Shown: positions 32,059-45,600 of the stretch, piece by piece | Position numbering within the stretch: position 1 is the stretch's first letter | Layout: each line of letters starts with the position of its first letter | Assembly (NCBI RefSeq): GCF_040938485.1 | Contig: NW_027272349.1 | Coordinates: 620,001-684,000, forward strand | Direction of reading: 5' to 3' | DNA length: 64,000 nucleotides | From: Diadema antillarum | Lineage: Eukaryota | Notes under the pieces: generated by a model | Databases searched by the model: none | What the model saw: only the letters and a program-made list of their open reading frames with translations | Told to the model about the DNA's origin: nothing | Position numbers and translations under genes: made by a program

Positions 32059-32648
32059 ACGGGATGTTACTATCTCGGAAAAGTTAGCATCTATGGGCCT
32101 AATTATCTTGTGTTCATGCTTTGTACGTAGGCCTATATTCGAATAACGGAGTACTAAGTCATCGCCTATCTGCGTGTTTGATAGCACTGATTATATATTG
32201 TTCGCGTGTCCCATTCTCTGCACACTGCTACCGAAAAAAAAAAAAGACTGAAAGGGACAGCGAACAGCTGTTCGCTGGGTTTGCTGTGATAGAGGAGAGA
32301 CGCATCCTACTTCAACAAAAGTGCTGTCTTTTTGATTTGTTAAAACAATTTATCAACACCTGCGGAAGAGCGCATTAACTTTTTCGTGCACGGAGCATGT
32401 TAGTAGGTACAAAAGGAAAGATTCTCATATGTATAGTGGTCTTCTCCTTTTGTAATGTTTCCCCAGTGTTCCTTTTCCTACAGCGTAGTAACGAACCATA
32501 ATTATGACATGCATCTGCTCCCTCTGATTAAGTTTCGAGTTGAAGGCAGGTATTTACGTGGTTGTTGCAAGATACAGAAGGCCTATTATGGCAGGCTTTG
32601 CGGTTGTTAAAGGCAACTTTTGTTTACACGAAATTCATGACATCTCAT

Positions 32649-32685
<37 letters not shown>

Positions 32686-33299
32686 TGAATTTATTTCCAC
32701 TATGTGTTCACAAGAATAAAAAACAAACGAACAAACAAACAAACAAACAAACAAAAAAACCATGATTGAGTTACAACTATGATTATACAATAATGATTTG
32801 CCTTTTTGACATACCGGTACAAAAAACAAAAAACAAAAACGAATAATCAAAACACATAATTATACAGTTTTGATGACACGTTTGCAACAAATGATAAATA
32901 GATGATAGTTATAAGAACCAAAGTGGGGGAGCCTAAATCAAAAGCACAGCTTGTTTTACTTAGGATAAATCACATCATAGTAAACCGTCAATTAAGCACG
33001 TAATAAGTCAAAGTGTAATACAATGTACCAGAATGGTATAAACAACAACAAACAAACAAACTATAGGCGTACAACTAAAACTATTTCCGGTAGCTGTTCC
33101 ATGCAACTATGACATCTACCTGGCATTACTAATGTATATCGTATTAGTCTAGCATCCTTGCAGTAAATATGTGCATGATTGATGATGTCATTCAAAAGTA
33201 GATCTACTTAGTAGTCATGAAGCATTAGATTTTTGTTCGCAAACTCATAAATGGGAGTTTGCTTATCATGATTTTAGCAACTTGCTGGAAGGACGCCCT

Positions 33300-33498
33300 C
33301 ATGTGTGCAGTTTTGCAATGTGGCAGCCAATGCAGATGTACGTCTCAAAACAACTGCAGTCCTGTGTGCCGCGTGCCGCCACATATCGGCGCGGCACGGC
33401 TCCCGCGTACCGGCCGGCGACGTGAGCCTAGCACCGGCTAGCGAGCGACGCGATCTGCGCGACGCCTTCGGGATCGAACGAGGTACATCTTGAGCCCG
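33300..33498 (+). promoter_or_regulatory. CpG-rich proximal promoter / 5' UTR of INTS10
   Basis: Very CpG-dense 130 bp (33361-33490) immediately upstream of the first ATG. Confidence 0.45.
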
Positions 33499-33672
33499 AT
33501 GAGCATGGACACCTGCACCGACAGTTCCGAGGGGATGAAAACTCCCCAAGTTTTATCTCAGTGGTTTGTCGAAAAATCGCAAACCTGTTTAAAGCAACAG
33601 AATGATCGATTTGCATGCAAGGCATTCCTGCTGACTGCTAAGTCGATTTATCCACAGAATTTTGAGATTCAG
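33499..33672 (+). CDS. INTS10: INTS10 coding exon 1
   Basis: MSMDTCTDSSEGMKTPQVLSQWFVEKSQTCLKQQNDRFACKAFLLTAKSIYPQNFEIQ; donor GTGCGT. Confidence 0.88.
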
Positions 33673-36600
33673 GTGCGTAATTTTGACAGCGTTGCTGTAT
33701 CCACATGAATCATAACATGTGGGACCGTTGTAAATTAATCATACATGGTAATGGAAGTGGCCATCGGTATCTTTCCCACACTAATAGCGAATTATGATAT
33801 TAATGTGCTTGTAACTAACCAAGTGTTTACTATAACCATGACATCCATTTTACTTCACTCTCTCCAATGAAACTTGAACTCACTTCCTCAATTTATTAAG
33901 AATAGTGAATATGTTGAAGTACTGCGGTATTTAATTTTTACAATTTTAAGAATAAAGTTAATCTCAAAAAAGTATTTGTTTATTGGCTTGTTGTGCTAAA
34001 TCATCAAATGATTATCATTTTCAGAGATCTATGACTATGTCCTGTAGTGGCTGTACTGACTACTGTTTCACTTTTCATTTTCTTTCTCTTTGTAGAGTTC
34101 TATGACTATGGATAGGAGCCTACTTCTTTTTTTTTTTTCTTTTTTTTTGTGTAAATGTATCTTGTGTGCATGCATGGATATTGGTTGTGCCTAGCTCAGC
34201 ATATTTAGATTAACCGTGTTAGCGTTAGTAGATGTACTGTGGTATCAACTTTATCAGGTTAAGTAAATTTTGACGCCATTCCGCCTGGCCATGATCCAAT
34301 GTATCGGAACCCACACCAAGGTTCAACCTCCCAAGATTTGACTGTTTGCAAAAGCAAATAAGTTTCTACATGTAGCAGGCAGTTGGAATTGCGGACAGTG
34401 TTATCGTTGAATTATGGGCGGCTTGCATTAAAGCATCAACTAGAACCTGTGTTCAGAATCATCATCAGGTATCCATAGGTAGGTAGGTAGGTTACAAAAC
34501 CAGAGGACAATGATATCAGTTGAATATTGCCTGTGCTGTATGTAGCAGTGTGTAGTGATTATGAACTTGCCACTTGGCCTTGTTATTAGGTTTTATTACT
34601 TTAATAGTATAGATCTGTTGTAATGACCGAAATGTCCACTCACCTCGTGTGCTGCCCGTCAACTTGGTGGAGAGTGCCTTGCCCGGTCGCGGTATCCTGG
34701 TAGGTAGGTGCCCAACAGGACGTTGATACTCGTAACAGGTAGGTGCACTAGGTGGGTGGTCTCGTCCGATCCGGGTCTTAGCTTCTCTCTCCTGGTTCAA
34801 GCCCAGCCTCTGCTTCACGACACCTCGGGCCTGCTGGTCCGTGTCTTCCAGACAATACATGTACGGGCACGTACACCCACCCGTACATGTGGGTACGTGT
34901 GCGGTAAGTGTGCCCTATATAATCATATGTTATTTCACTATAGATCTAAAGTAAGTTAAATCACATTGCTGCCAATTTCTGTTTGTCTTTATTTGTCATA
35001 TATTATGATTTTTTTTTTCTTTAAACCCTCAGCAGTGTCTAGAGCAGGTGTTTAGGTGAGAATATTGTCTATAATGTGCAGGAGTAGTAAATAAGGGGGA
35101 AAATGTATTCATTCTTTTTCTTCTAATGCTTTACAGTACCAAGCTTACTGCTATGAGAAATCAGCTCAAGATGTCAAGCAGGCTGCATCTATTCTGCTTG
35201 AAATGTGAGTATGTTGGGGAAACAAATCAGAGTGAATGCTTCCTTTGTATTTTCTTTTTCTTATGCTTCTGCCATATGCAATAAAAAAAATGGAAATACA
35301 GTGTAATGTGAACTACATTTGGCATTCTAGCTGTCGATAGTGAGTAGTACCAGCTGTGTTTTTGAAGGAAGTTAGTGTTTGATCTTGTGTATTTAGTATG
35401 CAGACTGATGAAACATCAATTCTGCAGCTTTCTCAAGAAAAGAAGAAGAAGAAGAAGAAGAAGAAGAAGAAGAAGAAGGCAATTAGTTAGTTGTATGCCT
35501 AGAATGATTTTTTTTTTTTAAATGCAATCTGTGATCAATAAAAGGCCTTGGGGCATTTCATGAAGCATTTTATCAGATATTTTTTCTTACAAACTGTTAT
35601 AAGCTACCAAAATCCTTGACCTAAAGATTGGTCTGTATCTGGTTGTCTGGGATTTTTGCGGAGACTATGTCTGGCTTCATGAAATCCCCTTAGCCGTAAA
35701 TGTCAAAAAATGATTAAGAAACTCCTCTGGACAGACAGATTTTTCTGTCTACTGAAATCCTTGCATCTGATTGGCTGAGAGCAAATATGTAAAAAAAAAA
35801 AAAAAAAATCTGACAAAATGCTTCATGAAATGCCTACCTGGTCTATCCATTTAAAATGTATTTCCTCTCATTTATTTTTGATATGGTTGAAATCGGTCAA
35901 AGGTTCCACAAATTCCAGCAAGAACCACAGTTGCTGGAAGAACTACAGGCCATCTCAAAAGCTCTGCAAGGGGATTCCAAAGACACTCAAACTTCTTTCC
36001 TCAAAGGTAAGCTATTCATTATTGTAGAGAAAATGTATGAATTTGTGAAATGTATTGATCTTGAAAGTCTAATCATTGTGCAAATAGGAAACAGTCATGC
36101 TTTACAGTGTCCAGGTTTATGTCAGAGTTGTGAAAGTGAAAATGAGAAAGGTTCAATTGAAAATCTTAGGAATGCTGTAAATGGAATTCACAATGCAGAG
36201 GTTCTGGTTAAAAAAAGTAAAAGTGATAATGAATAACCCCATGGTCCCCAGGTACTCAAAATTTCTCGCACTCATGATTCCTGACATTCTTGGCACTTAT
36301 ATGACTCCTCTACCTTACTCTTTGATTAACATATCACTATGAATAGTATGATAATGAAATATTCACTATTTAAGACTGGAAACATTCAAGAGGATTTGGT
36401 AAAAAGAATGCATTTTCAACTAATTTATTGCTTTTTTAGTTTAGTCTTGAACTTTCCTTTGAAACATTTAATTTCTGCATGCAATGAGAAGAGAGTTCCC
36501 AAATGCCACCAAGTGGTAGCTGGATACACAAGTACAGCGCAGTGTAAATTAACCACTCACAGACATTACTTGTTGCCAGTTACTGGCTCAGGCGTGATCC

Positions 36601-39600
36601 AGTTTGATTCTTCGCGCAACAGACTGTTTTGATTTACCAATTGAGATGTGAATGGTAGTGTGACATTATTTTGTAGTTGGCTGAAGAAGATTAAAAAAAT
36701 AAATAGATTATGCATTGCAGTCTGTGATAAGAAATTGCTTTTTATGCATACAACATTATAGGCCTGTTTGGTTTTAAAACATAGTAACAAGTATGTCAGC
36801 CATAACAAGGGGGCTTCCAAAATAAGACAAAAATGAGTCAGGTGCCTTGCTACATGTCAGTACATAATCAACTGTTAGAAATTCTGAAGCAATCCCACCC
36901 TCCCCCAGTTATGGCTGAAATATACATTAAAGGGATAGTATAGTTCTGGTGGAGATGGGAATTTAGATGTTAACTTTTTGTGAGATAAGTAGAAACCACT
37001 GTATTTTGATATCAAAGAGCATTTGATTCTAACAGGAATGAAAAATGTATATGATAAAAATCGGTTTTGAATTGGCTGAGATATTCAAAAACAAAGTAAA
37101 ACAAAGTTGCCCTAATAAAAGGTGGGACACATCTTTTATTATAACCTCTTTGTTTTATGATATATCAGCCATTTCAAAACATTTTCATTAAATAAAACTT
37201 TTACTTTCAATTAGAATCATATGCTCCTTAATCTTTCATATAAGTGGGTTCTAATTATCTCACCAAAAAGTTAAAACCTGAATCCCCATCTCAACCCAAA
37301 CTATACCATCCCTTTAACATTACAAATAGCACCCACACTGAATGGGTTTAAATAGCTGAAAGGCTTTCACCCAAGGTTTTATGATGTACTCTGTGTGTGT
37401 CACAGATGTGTATGAACACCTACCAACTACTGCCCAGAAGGAGATCCTCGTATTGTGCATAGGTGAGTAGAAAATCTTCGGATGGGATTGGTTTTTTATG
37501 TATGACCAGTTCACATTCAGTAAAGCAATACCTTGACTTCATAATCATAGCTGTTTGTTGTTTGTCGGATTCTATAGCTTGAGCAAAATAGTCATGCAAG
37601 CACCTTCACAAAATACAGTTTGTATTATTTTAACATTTATTACTTAGAATATGTCTAGCATAATATCTATTGAAATATATTTTTTTTAGCTCCATTTATT
37701 TCTGTTCTTATACACCTACTTATCAAATAAATTGAGCAGGTATTTGTACTGTATAATGTGCACTGGAATGTAATCATTTTTGTCGAGCCCACCTGAGGTG
37801 TGGGGAGACTAAGGGATCGCCTGCGGCGTCTGTCCGTCCATCGTCCGTCGTCCGTCCGTCCGTTGTCTGTCCGTCGTCCGTCCGTCGTCCGTCCGTCCGT
37901 CGTCTGTCCGTAACGCTACAAAAACTTGAATAACTCTCTACTGAGGATTTCAATTTCAATCAAACTTGGAGGGAAGAGTGGTGATGCAAAGTTACACATT
38001 TTACCAAACATGAAGGGCACCTCAAGGTCAAAGGTCACAGGCAGAGGTCAATGAACTTTAGGGCCCAATGTTAAGTTTTTAGGGCGCGTTTCTTTTATGG
38101 CTTGTAACTTTTGATGTATCTGTCTGTTTGTGACCAAACTTAGATGGTAGATGTCCCTTGGGAAGTTGAAGGTTACCACAAGGTCAAAGGTCACAGACAG
38201 GGGTTAACGAACTTTTCGCGCCCAATGTTAAGTTTTTATGGTGCTTTTTGATTATGGCTCAGAACTTTTGATCCCTTTGTCCATTTGTGACCAAACTTGG
38301 ATGGTAGATGTCCCTTGCGGAGATGAAGGTCATCACAAGGTCAAAGGTCACAGACATGGGTCAAGGAACTTTTAGGGCCCAATGTTAAGTTTTTATGGCG
38401 CATTTCGATTGTGGCTCATAACTTTTGATCCCTTTGTCCGTTTGTGACCAAACTTGGATGGTAGATGTCCCTTGGGGAAGTGAAGGTCATCACAAGGTCA
38501 AGGGTCATAGGCGGGTCAATGAACTTCTGGGAGTTAGAAATATATTAATTTCTTGTACGCGAATGGGCGAGACACAATTTGGCACTTGCCTTGTGTTTAC
38601 ATTGAATATTTATCAGATGTGGTGCTTTTTGTATTACAATTTACCTTTTGATAGAAGAACTAAGAATGTATTTAGAACTATACCAGATGGATTTCATTTA
38701 TCAATGAGCAATATCATAAATACATACATCTATATCCACTTATCTCATCATATGTCTTCTATATACAGAAGAAAAGTTATAAGAGAAGGAATGTAAGTAG
38801 TTTTAGTAATGTAGCAAACGCATACAGAAGAAAACTGACCAGAAATGAATATGATTTATTAGTGGAATCCACTAATAGTTTTAGTAATGTGACATTATTG
38901 TTCTGTATGTTTTTTGTTTTTGGTATCCTTTTTGCATTTAGACCAGTGTCAGAATATTCTTGAAAAGTCATGCCTTCAAATGCTGTTACTCAGGAGATTT
39001 AACAAGAATGGATACGAGGAAGCGGTAAGTTAGGGGGGGGGAAAAAAAACACCTTTTTTTCAACCATTTTGTATTTTTGTATTTGCCATTTTATTACCTT
39101 AATGGACAAATGAAAAGCTTGTTATAGAATGTTAAATATGTGGCCCGCCACAACAAAAGGATCTTAAAGCCGCTGATGGCTGAGCCGAGAAAATCTAGTT
39201 TGAAGTCAGATCATCGAAATCGGTCAAAACGATCGAATTTCTGTTTTTGGCATAATTTTGTAGTCTAATGTATCGTCTATCATCTGCCAAAATTTTGAAG
39301 CTAAACTATACAAAGAAAAGGCAAGAAAGCGTTTTTCTGGGTCATGATTTTCTGACTGTCAACGAAACAAAAATGTGTCCGAAGATTTGGATTTTTAGTG
39401 CCGCAGTTAGACTCCGCCCCTAGCAATGAGAGAGTGATCTTATTGGTCAGTGTGTGACATCCTGGTTACTTATTGGTCATGCGCAGACTGCTGGCGCTAA
39501 GCTTGAATGAACGTCGCAGCGGTTGCTTCGACCATACCTTCTATAAAGAGATGAAAACTGTCTTTCCTCCCTTTGATCATGATAGCGTCGGAAGGAAAAT

Positions 39601-42600
39601 TTTGAAGGCGGTTTGCTTGAAATGCTGATTTAGTAAACCACTTGACATGCGCTAATAAAATCATTGATCTACGCAACCGAGTTATGTTGTGAGTCATGTT
39701 ATATATGAAATTAGAGTGGAAGAGTAAGGGAATAATGTGATGTCATTTTCAGAAAGTAGTCCTCCCCTGACTTTCGGATCCTTTTGTTGTAGCGGGTCAC
39801 ATATGTTTACCCTTGTTATGAAAGGATGTCTCAATCAGGTCCTGTTTCAATACATGTGCTGTGTACCAGGATCATAGCATTTTATATTTCATAAGTTTGT
39901 TTGTTTGTTAGAATTATCAAATAAATGGATGAATTGATAAATATTTCTTTGTGACAACTCCTCTGGACATGTGCAACTCAGTTCTGACTGGTTTGAGCCA
40001 AAGTCAACTGCACACACTTCAGAGACCCCAAAAACTATGGCTGCATGGTTAGTGACTCTGTAAAGGAAGGGGGTTCCCATTAGCCCCATTTTTGCAAGAT
40101 CTTCATTGGCTTCTTATCAACAAGAGGATTACCTTCAAACTTGAGTTCTCCATCCTATATCTCAGAGCTCCTAATGAGGCATCAACTAGCTTGTAGCCTG
40201 AGATCAGTGAACCAAGTTCAAATGAAGAAATTTCTCAGCCGCACAGCTCGGGGAGACAGAACCTTCTACATCTCTGGACCCAAGCTTTGGAATACCCTCC
40301 CTCCATGGATCAGAAATGCAGATTTTTTTTATCATGCTTCATGACTTACCTGAAGACTGACCTCTTCCCAGCTATGCTTTCCCTATAATAGCACCAAATC
40401 CTTGACTCGGGATAATGGAAACTAAATATCCCAACATCATACTTTGACTGAACAGTTGAAGTTGAGAAATTGTAGATCAAGTGCCATGAGCGCCCTTCAA
40501 AGGCAAATACTGGCGCTATACAAGAAGCCATCATCAGCATCATCATCATCATCATCATCAATCATCCAAACATAACCCAAGGTCACATTTCCTATAGTGA
40601 GAGATTGGTGACTGTGTTTCATTGCTGTGTGGTAAATTTATTGTCACAAGAAAAGCATGCACTACAATTTGATATGCCTCATCAGTTAAGAGATAGAGGT
40701 AATGAACTGAGCCTAGCATCAGTTAAAAACATTGAGGGGAAAAATAATTAAGTAGAAAGATTCCCATGTGAATTTAAGACCATAATTTCAGATTGAAATA
40801 AAGCAAAGAAATTGGATGAATTCAAAGTCCATACTGCTTTTCACTGATTTTCCTCTGTGATAATACAGCATTATCCATTAAAGGCAGTCTAGTGTTTGTT
40901 CGTATGTATGTGTTTGTGTGCATGCTGTCATGTGTTCCAACGCAGGCCAATCTATGAATAGGGCTACACAAGTGTTCCAACGCAGGCCAATCTGTGAATA
41001 GGGCTACACATGCTAATAAGGAGATCAAAAGCGCACACATGACTCATTTCGGTGCTATTGATTGGCTTCATTCTTGAACACATTTTATAATGCTTTGCGA
41101 ATCAGAACCTGTTACATCTCATTGTGTTCTTGATTGGTCTTTTTAGGTTTCTCTTGTTGAAACTCTCCTGAATACTGAGAAGTCAGAAGGTGTGAAACAT
41201 GTCATCAACCCTTACAGGAAACTCATGGGTGAGCTTCACTCTTTTTTTTTCAAGCGTAACAAATTATTCTGTTGTCAGCAGAAATTGACTAACAGATAAG
41301 TTATTTGCTAGCCAATCCCAAATTTAATGTAAAAGCTAAAAATTTACTGTTCAAAATGTCTAGTACTTCCATTTAAGACAGGATAATGACACATATCCTT
41401 TGCATTTATAAAGGTGAAATAAGGTAAAGGATGCTAACTTGATATCCAGTGTTCATATTTCCCAATGTTTTGTCTGAGCAATGCCATGCATATGCTGTGA
41501 TATATTTCAGGCAGTCATTATAACCAGAGAATGACTTCTCACTTGTAAATATTCCCCAGTCTATAAGATCCTGCCAGTCATTCTCTCCATGGAAAGGCTC
41601 AGCCAACACTGCTCCACCAGGCAGTACTCCAAGTGGCTGCAGAAGACCATCGAGTTCTTCGTCACCGTGGCAGTGCAGCCCCACCAGAAGCACGTTGGTG
41701 GTGGGGAGCACCTTCCCCATGGGATGGGAGGAGGAGGGGGCGGAATGGCCGGAGGGGAGGGGACGGAGCTCCCCGAGGGATCGGTGTGGGACAACCTGCA
41801 GCACATTCTCAAATTGCTGGCCAAGAGTGTGCACTGGGAAACTGGGTTCATTGCTCCTGCAGAGAGGTGAGAACGATTCCTGGAGCCCTTAGCTGACTAA
41901 CGCACTGTTTTGTTCAATTCTTGTTGAGCACTGTTAATATACGGTGATCAAGTAAAGTAAGTAGTGTACATGTGGTCAGCAGACAAAGTAGTAGTAGTGG
42001 TAGTAGTGGTAGTAGTAGTAGTACTGTAAAAGTGGAAATTTTTGTGGTGTTGAAATTTTCGCGCATTTCGCACAACCCGAAACTAGCGTGAAAATAAAAG
42101 CATGCGAATATTTTTGCTTGCCATATGTTCCAGTAGTTGATGTCTTGATTCCGCGGAATTAGAAACACGCGAAACTCTTCTTACCCTGTCGAGCGCGAAA
42201 AATTAGTCGCGCGAAAATAACCACTTTTACAGTAGTAGTAGCTGCTAGTGTTATATATGCTGTAAAACCAGAATTGTTCGTGTGCATTTTAATTTCACGA
42301 ATTGTGTGAGAGCCAAGATTCACAAAATTAAATGCACGCAAAAGTTCTTGTTTACACTGTATGCATTGAATGCCAGTGGCAATTCATGAAAACGTCATGC
42401 TGTGAAAGTATCTTGCTTTACAGCAGCGAATTTCAGACTTGTTACGAATTTCAGCAAGCTTTGCAGACTATTTCTAGGTCACTTGATATATTATGCTATG
42501 CTTCAGTATTACAATGTTTCCTATACTGGTGCTCACTTTTTCATTTTTCTTTTTTGACATGGCAGCCACTAATTGTAGAATGATAATGGGGAATACTACT

Positions 42601-45600
42601 TTAAAATAGAATTGGCACAATTGAAGAACAAAAATAACAGAAGAAGTAATGAGTGAATAACAGGGTAATCTAAAAGTGGCGTTTGCACACTGCTGATTAC
42701 TGCTTCTTAAAGTGCTTTATTGGAATTACATGCTAAAATTTCCTCCCCTGTGGAGTTGGAGAGCCTGTAAGCCAATGTGCATGTAAGTGACAGTGCTATT
42801 TCCTCTCAATTCATGTCACTTGTCAGTGGACTGGGCGAAAGTTGGTCTGTCATCCAGAAGCATTTGAAAAAGTCCGGCAGCAGCTGCAGCAGTGGTAAAG
42901 ATGGAGACTCGGAGGAGGCAGTTCCACCTAAACCCGCCTTCTATGCCAGCCTTGTGCTGCTCCTGAGAGCCTCCCACCGCTATGCTGCCCTGATGAACTC
43001 TCAGCTTCATGCAGGTCAGTTGGCAGGAGTGATATTCTCTCTCTTTCTCTTCTTCTTCCTCCAATCTCCCTTACCAAGCAGCACAACAATTTTCTTTTGT
43101 GAAAGGGATGGTATAGAATTGGTGGAGATGAGGATTGGGCTTTTAACTTTTTGCAAGATACCAAGAACCCACTTATGAAATAATACAGAGCATACCATTC
43201 TAAGAGGAATTCAAAGTTTATGAGATGAAAATCAGTTTTGGAAAGGCTGAGACATCCCAAACACAAAGTAAAACAAAGCAATCCTAATAAAAGGAGGGTC
43301 CCACCTTTTATTAGACTTGCTCTGTTTTGGATATCTCGGCCATTTCTAAACCAATTTTCATCAAATAAACATTGGACCCCTCTTAGAATTACATGCTTTT
43401 TCATATTTCTTAGAGGTTTCTCATTATCTCACCAAAACATGTTAGAAACTTGCAGTTAGGTCTCAGCCAAAATTATATGATCCCTTTAAAGAGCCTGCAA
43501 CCTGATCTTCTATGCAACTGTAGAACAAGTGTTTATAAAAAACAAACATAAAACAAACAAAGAAAAAAGCAAAACAACAAAAATAACTTATATCATAACT
43601 CTTACTCTCTCTACTAATCTGTCACATCACTGTCATACCACTCTATACCAGTTCTACAGCAAAACTCTATGCTTGTGTATCTGATTTTCTTCTCTCAGGG
43701 GCCACCAGTCACCACCACCACTCACAGGTGCTCCTAGAGGACTTGGAGCCAAAGAAGCGATCCAAGAAACACAAGCATGCCCACAAGAAGCGCAAGCTGG
43801 AGGCAGACAAAGACAGCCACATTGTGAGTTGCTCGGCAACCATATGATAGTCTGTTGGATTTGAGGTCATGCACAGAAAACAGTCATTTTAGAACTTAAT
43901 ATCAATTTTGAAGTGCTCATTGATACCATAGTATGTGTGTTGACAAAAATAATTCTCTTTCATATGTTTGTCTGTGTCATTGTATCTCTTGATTCTTTCT
44001 TGGTCATTGATGATACAAACTTTTTTTTTTTCCTCTAGAATAAACTCATGTGTGTCTATCTTTATGTCTTTATACCCCCGCCAAACGAAGTTTGAAGGGG
44101 GTATATAGGAATCAGCGGACGGTCGGGCGGACGGTCGGGCGGTCGGGCGGGCGGTCGGTCGGGCGGTCGGTCGGGCGGTCGGTCGGGCGGTCGGTCGGTC
44201 GGGCGGGCGGTCGGGCGGTCGGGCGGTCGGGCGGTCGGTCCGTTGCAAATCTTGCGTCGCGAACTACTTCCTCAGTTTTCAACCGATTCCCATAAAACTT
44301 AGCACAGATGTGTGCCTTGGGTTGTAGATGTGCAAGACGTATTTTTTGACAGTACCCAAAAGTACGTTGCCATGGTAACGGCATATTATGGGCAAAAATG
44401 GGTACAAATCTTGCGTCGCGAACTCCTCCCACAGTTTTTGATCAATTTGTATGAAATTAGGTACAGATGTTCATCTGAATATGTAAATGTGCAAGACACA
44501 TATTTCCGCAGTGGCAAAAAGTGCGTTGCCATGGTAACGGCATGTTATTGGTAAAATATAGGGCAAAATGCTTCATGGCAAAACTGCTTCATCAGTGTTC
44601 TTCCAATTCTCATGGAATTCATATTGAATGTTTGTCTTAGGATATAGGTCAGCATGACACATTTCTTGACAGTGACAAAAAGTATGTTGCCATGGTAACA
44701 GCTCACATATTATGAGCCAAAATGATGGAAAATTTTGTGTTGCAAACTACTTCCTCAGTTTTTGCCCAATTTCCATGAAACTTGGTGCAGATGTGTGCCT
44801 TTGGTTGTAGATGTGCAAGACGCATTTTTTGACAGTACCCGAAAGTACGTTGCCATGGTAACGGCATATTAATGGCAGAAGATCAAGGAAAGATCTTGCG
44901 GATTTAACTACTTCCTCAGTTTTTTGACCAAAGCTTATGAAATGTGGCACACACCTTGATCTTGGTGGGAAGATGTGGAAGACATATTTTTCGGACGTGT
45001 CGGAAGCTGCGTTGCCATGGTAACGGCATATAAATGGCAGAAGATCAAGGAAAGATCTTGCGGATTAAACTACTTCCTCTGTATTCGACTGAAGCTCATG
45101 AAATGTGGCACACACATTGGTCTTGGTGGGAAGATGTGCAAGACATATTTTTTGGACGTGTCGGAAGCTGCGTTGCCATGGTAACGGCATATTAATGGCG
45201 GAAGATCAAGGAAAGATCTTGTGGATTGAACTACTCCTCAGTTTTTGACAAAAGCTTATGAAATGTGGCACACACAATAGTCTTGGGAAGATGTGCAAGA
45301 CATATTTTTCGGACGTGTCGGAAGCTGCGTTGCCATGGTAACGGCATTTAAATGGCAGAAGATTTAGGAAAGATCATTCCTTGGGTAAGACTGTCGTCAC
45401 GGGGCGGGGGTATTAATCACCTTCAGTGATATTTCTAGTTTTATCTTTTCAAAGTTGCTTTCGTTTTATTTATTTCTCAATAACGCTGTATTGCTGATGT
45501 AATATCTATTTTTCCAGTGAGTCTGTTTAATCACTATTGTATGTCAAAAACATTCTTTTCTAGAATGGGAATTTATATGGACAAAAAGTGTTTTCAGTTG

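Noticed and set aside
32484-32549. Possible non-coding 5' UTR exon of INTS10 (good acceptor, GTATTT donor)
   Set aside because: No clear matching acceptor before 33499 and no transcript evidence
34785-34810. tRNA or SINE B-box-like GGTTCAAGCCC
   Set aside because: No cloverleaf or matching A-box and acceptor stem could be built
41406-41851. Minus-strand ORFs of 142 and 96 aa
   Set aside because: Antisense to INTS10 exon 7
43889-44432. ORFs with PTARPPDR / GRSVGR repeats
   Set aside because: Translation of the HINE tetranucleotide microsatellite
44340-45360. Regularly spaced palindromic repeat resembling a CRISPR array
   Set aside because: Eukaryotic context; the spacers are homologous tandem units of about 160 bp, not unique sequences; no cas genes
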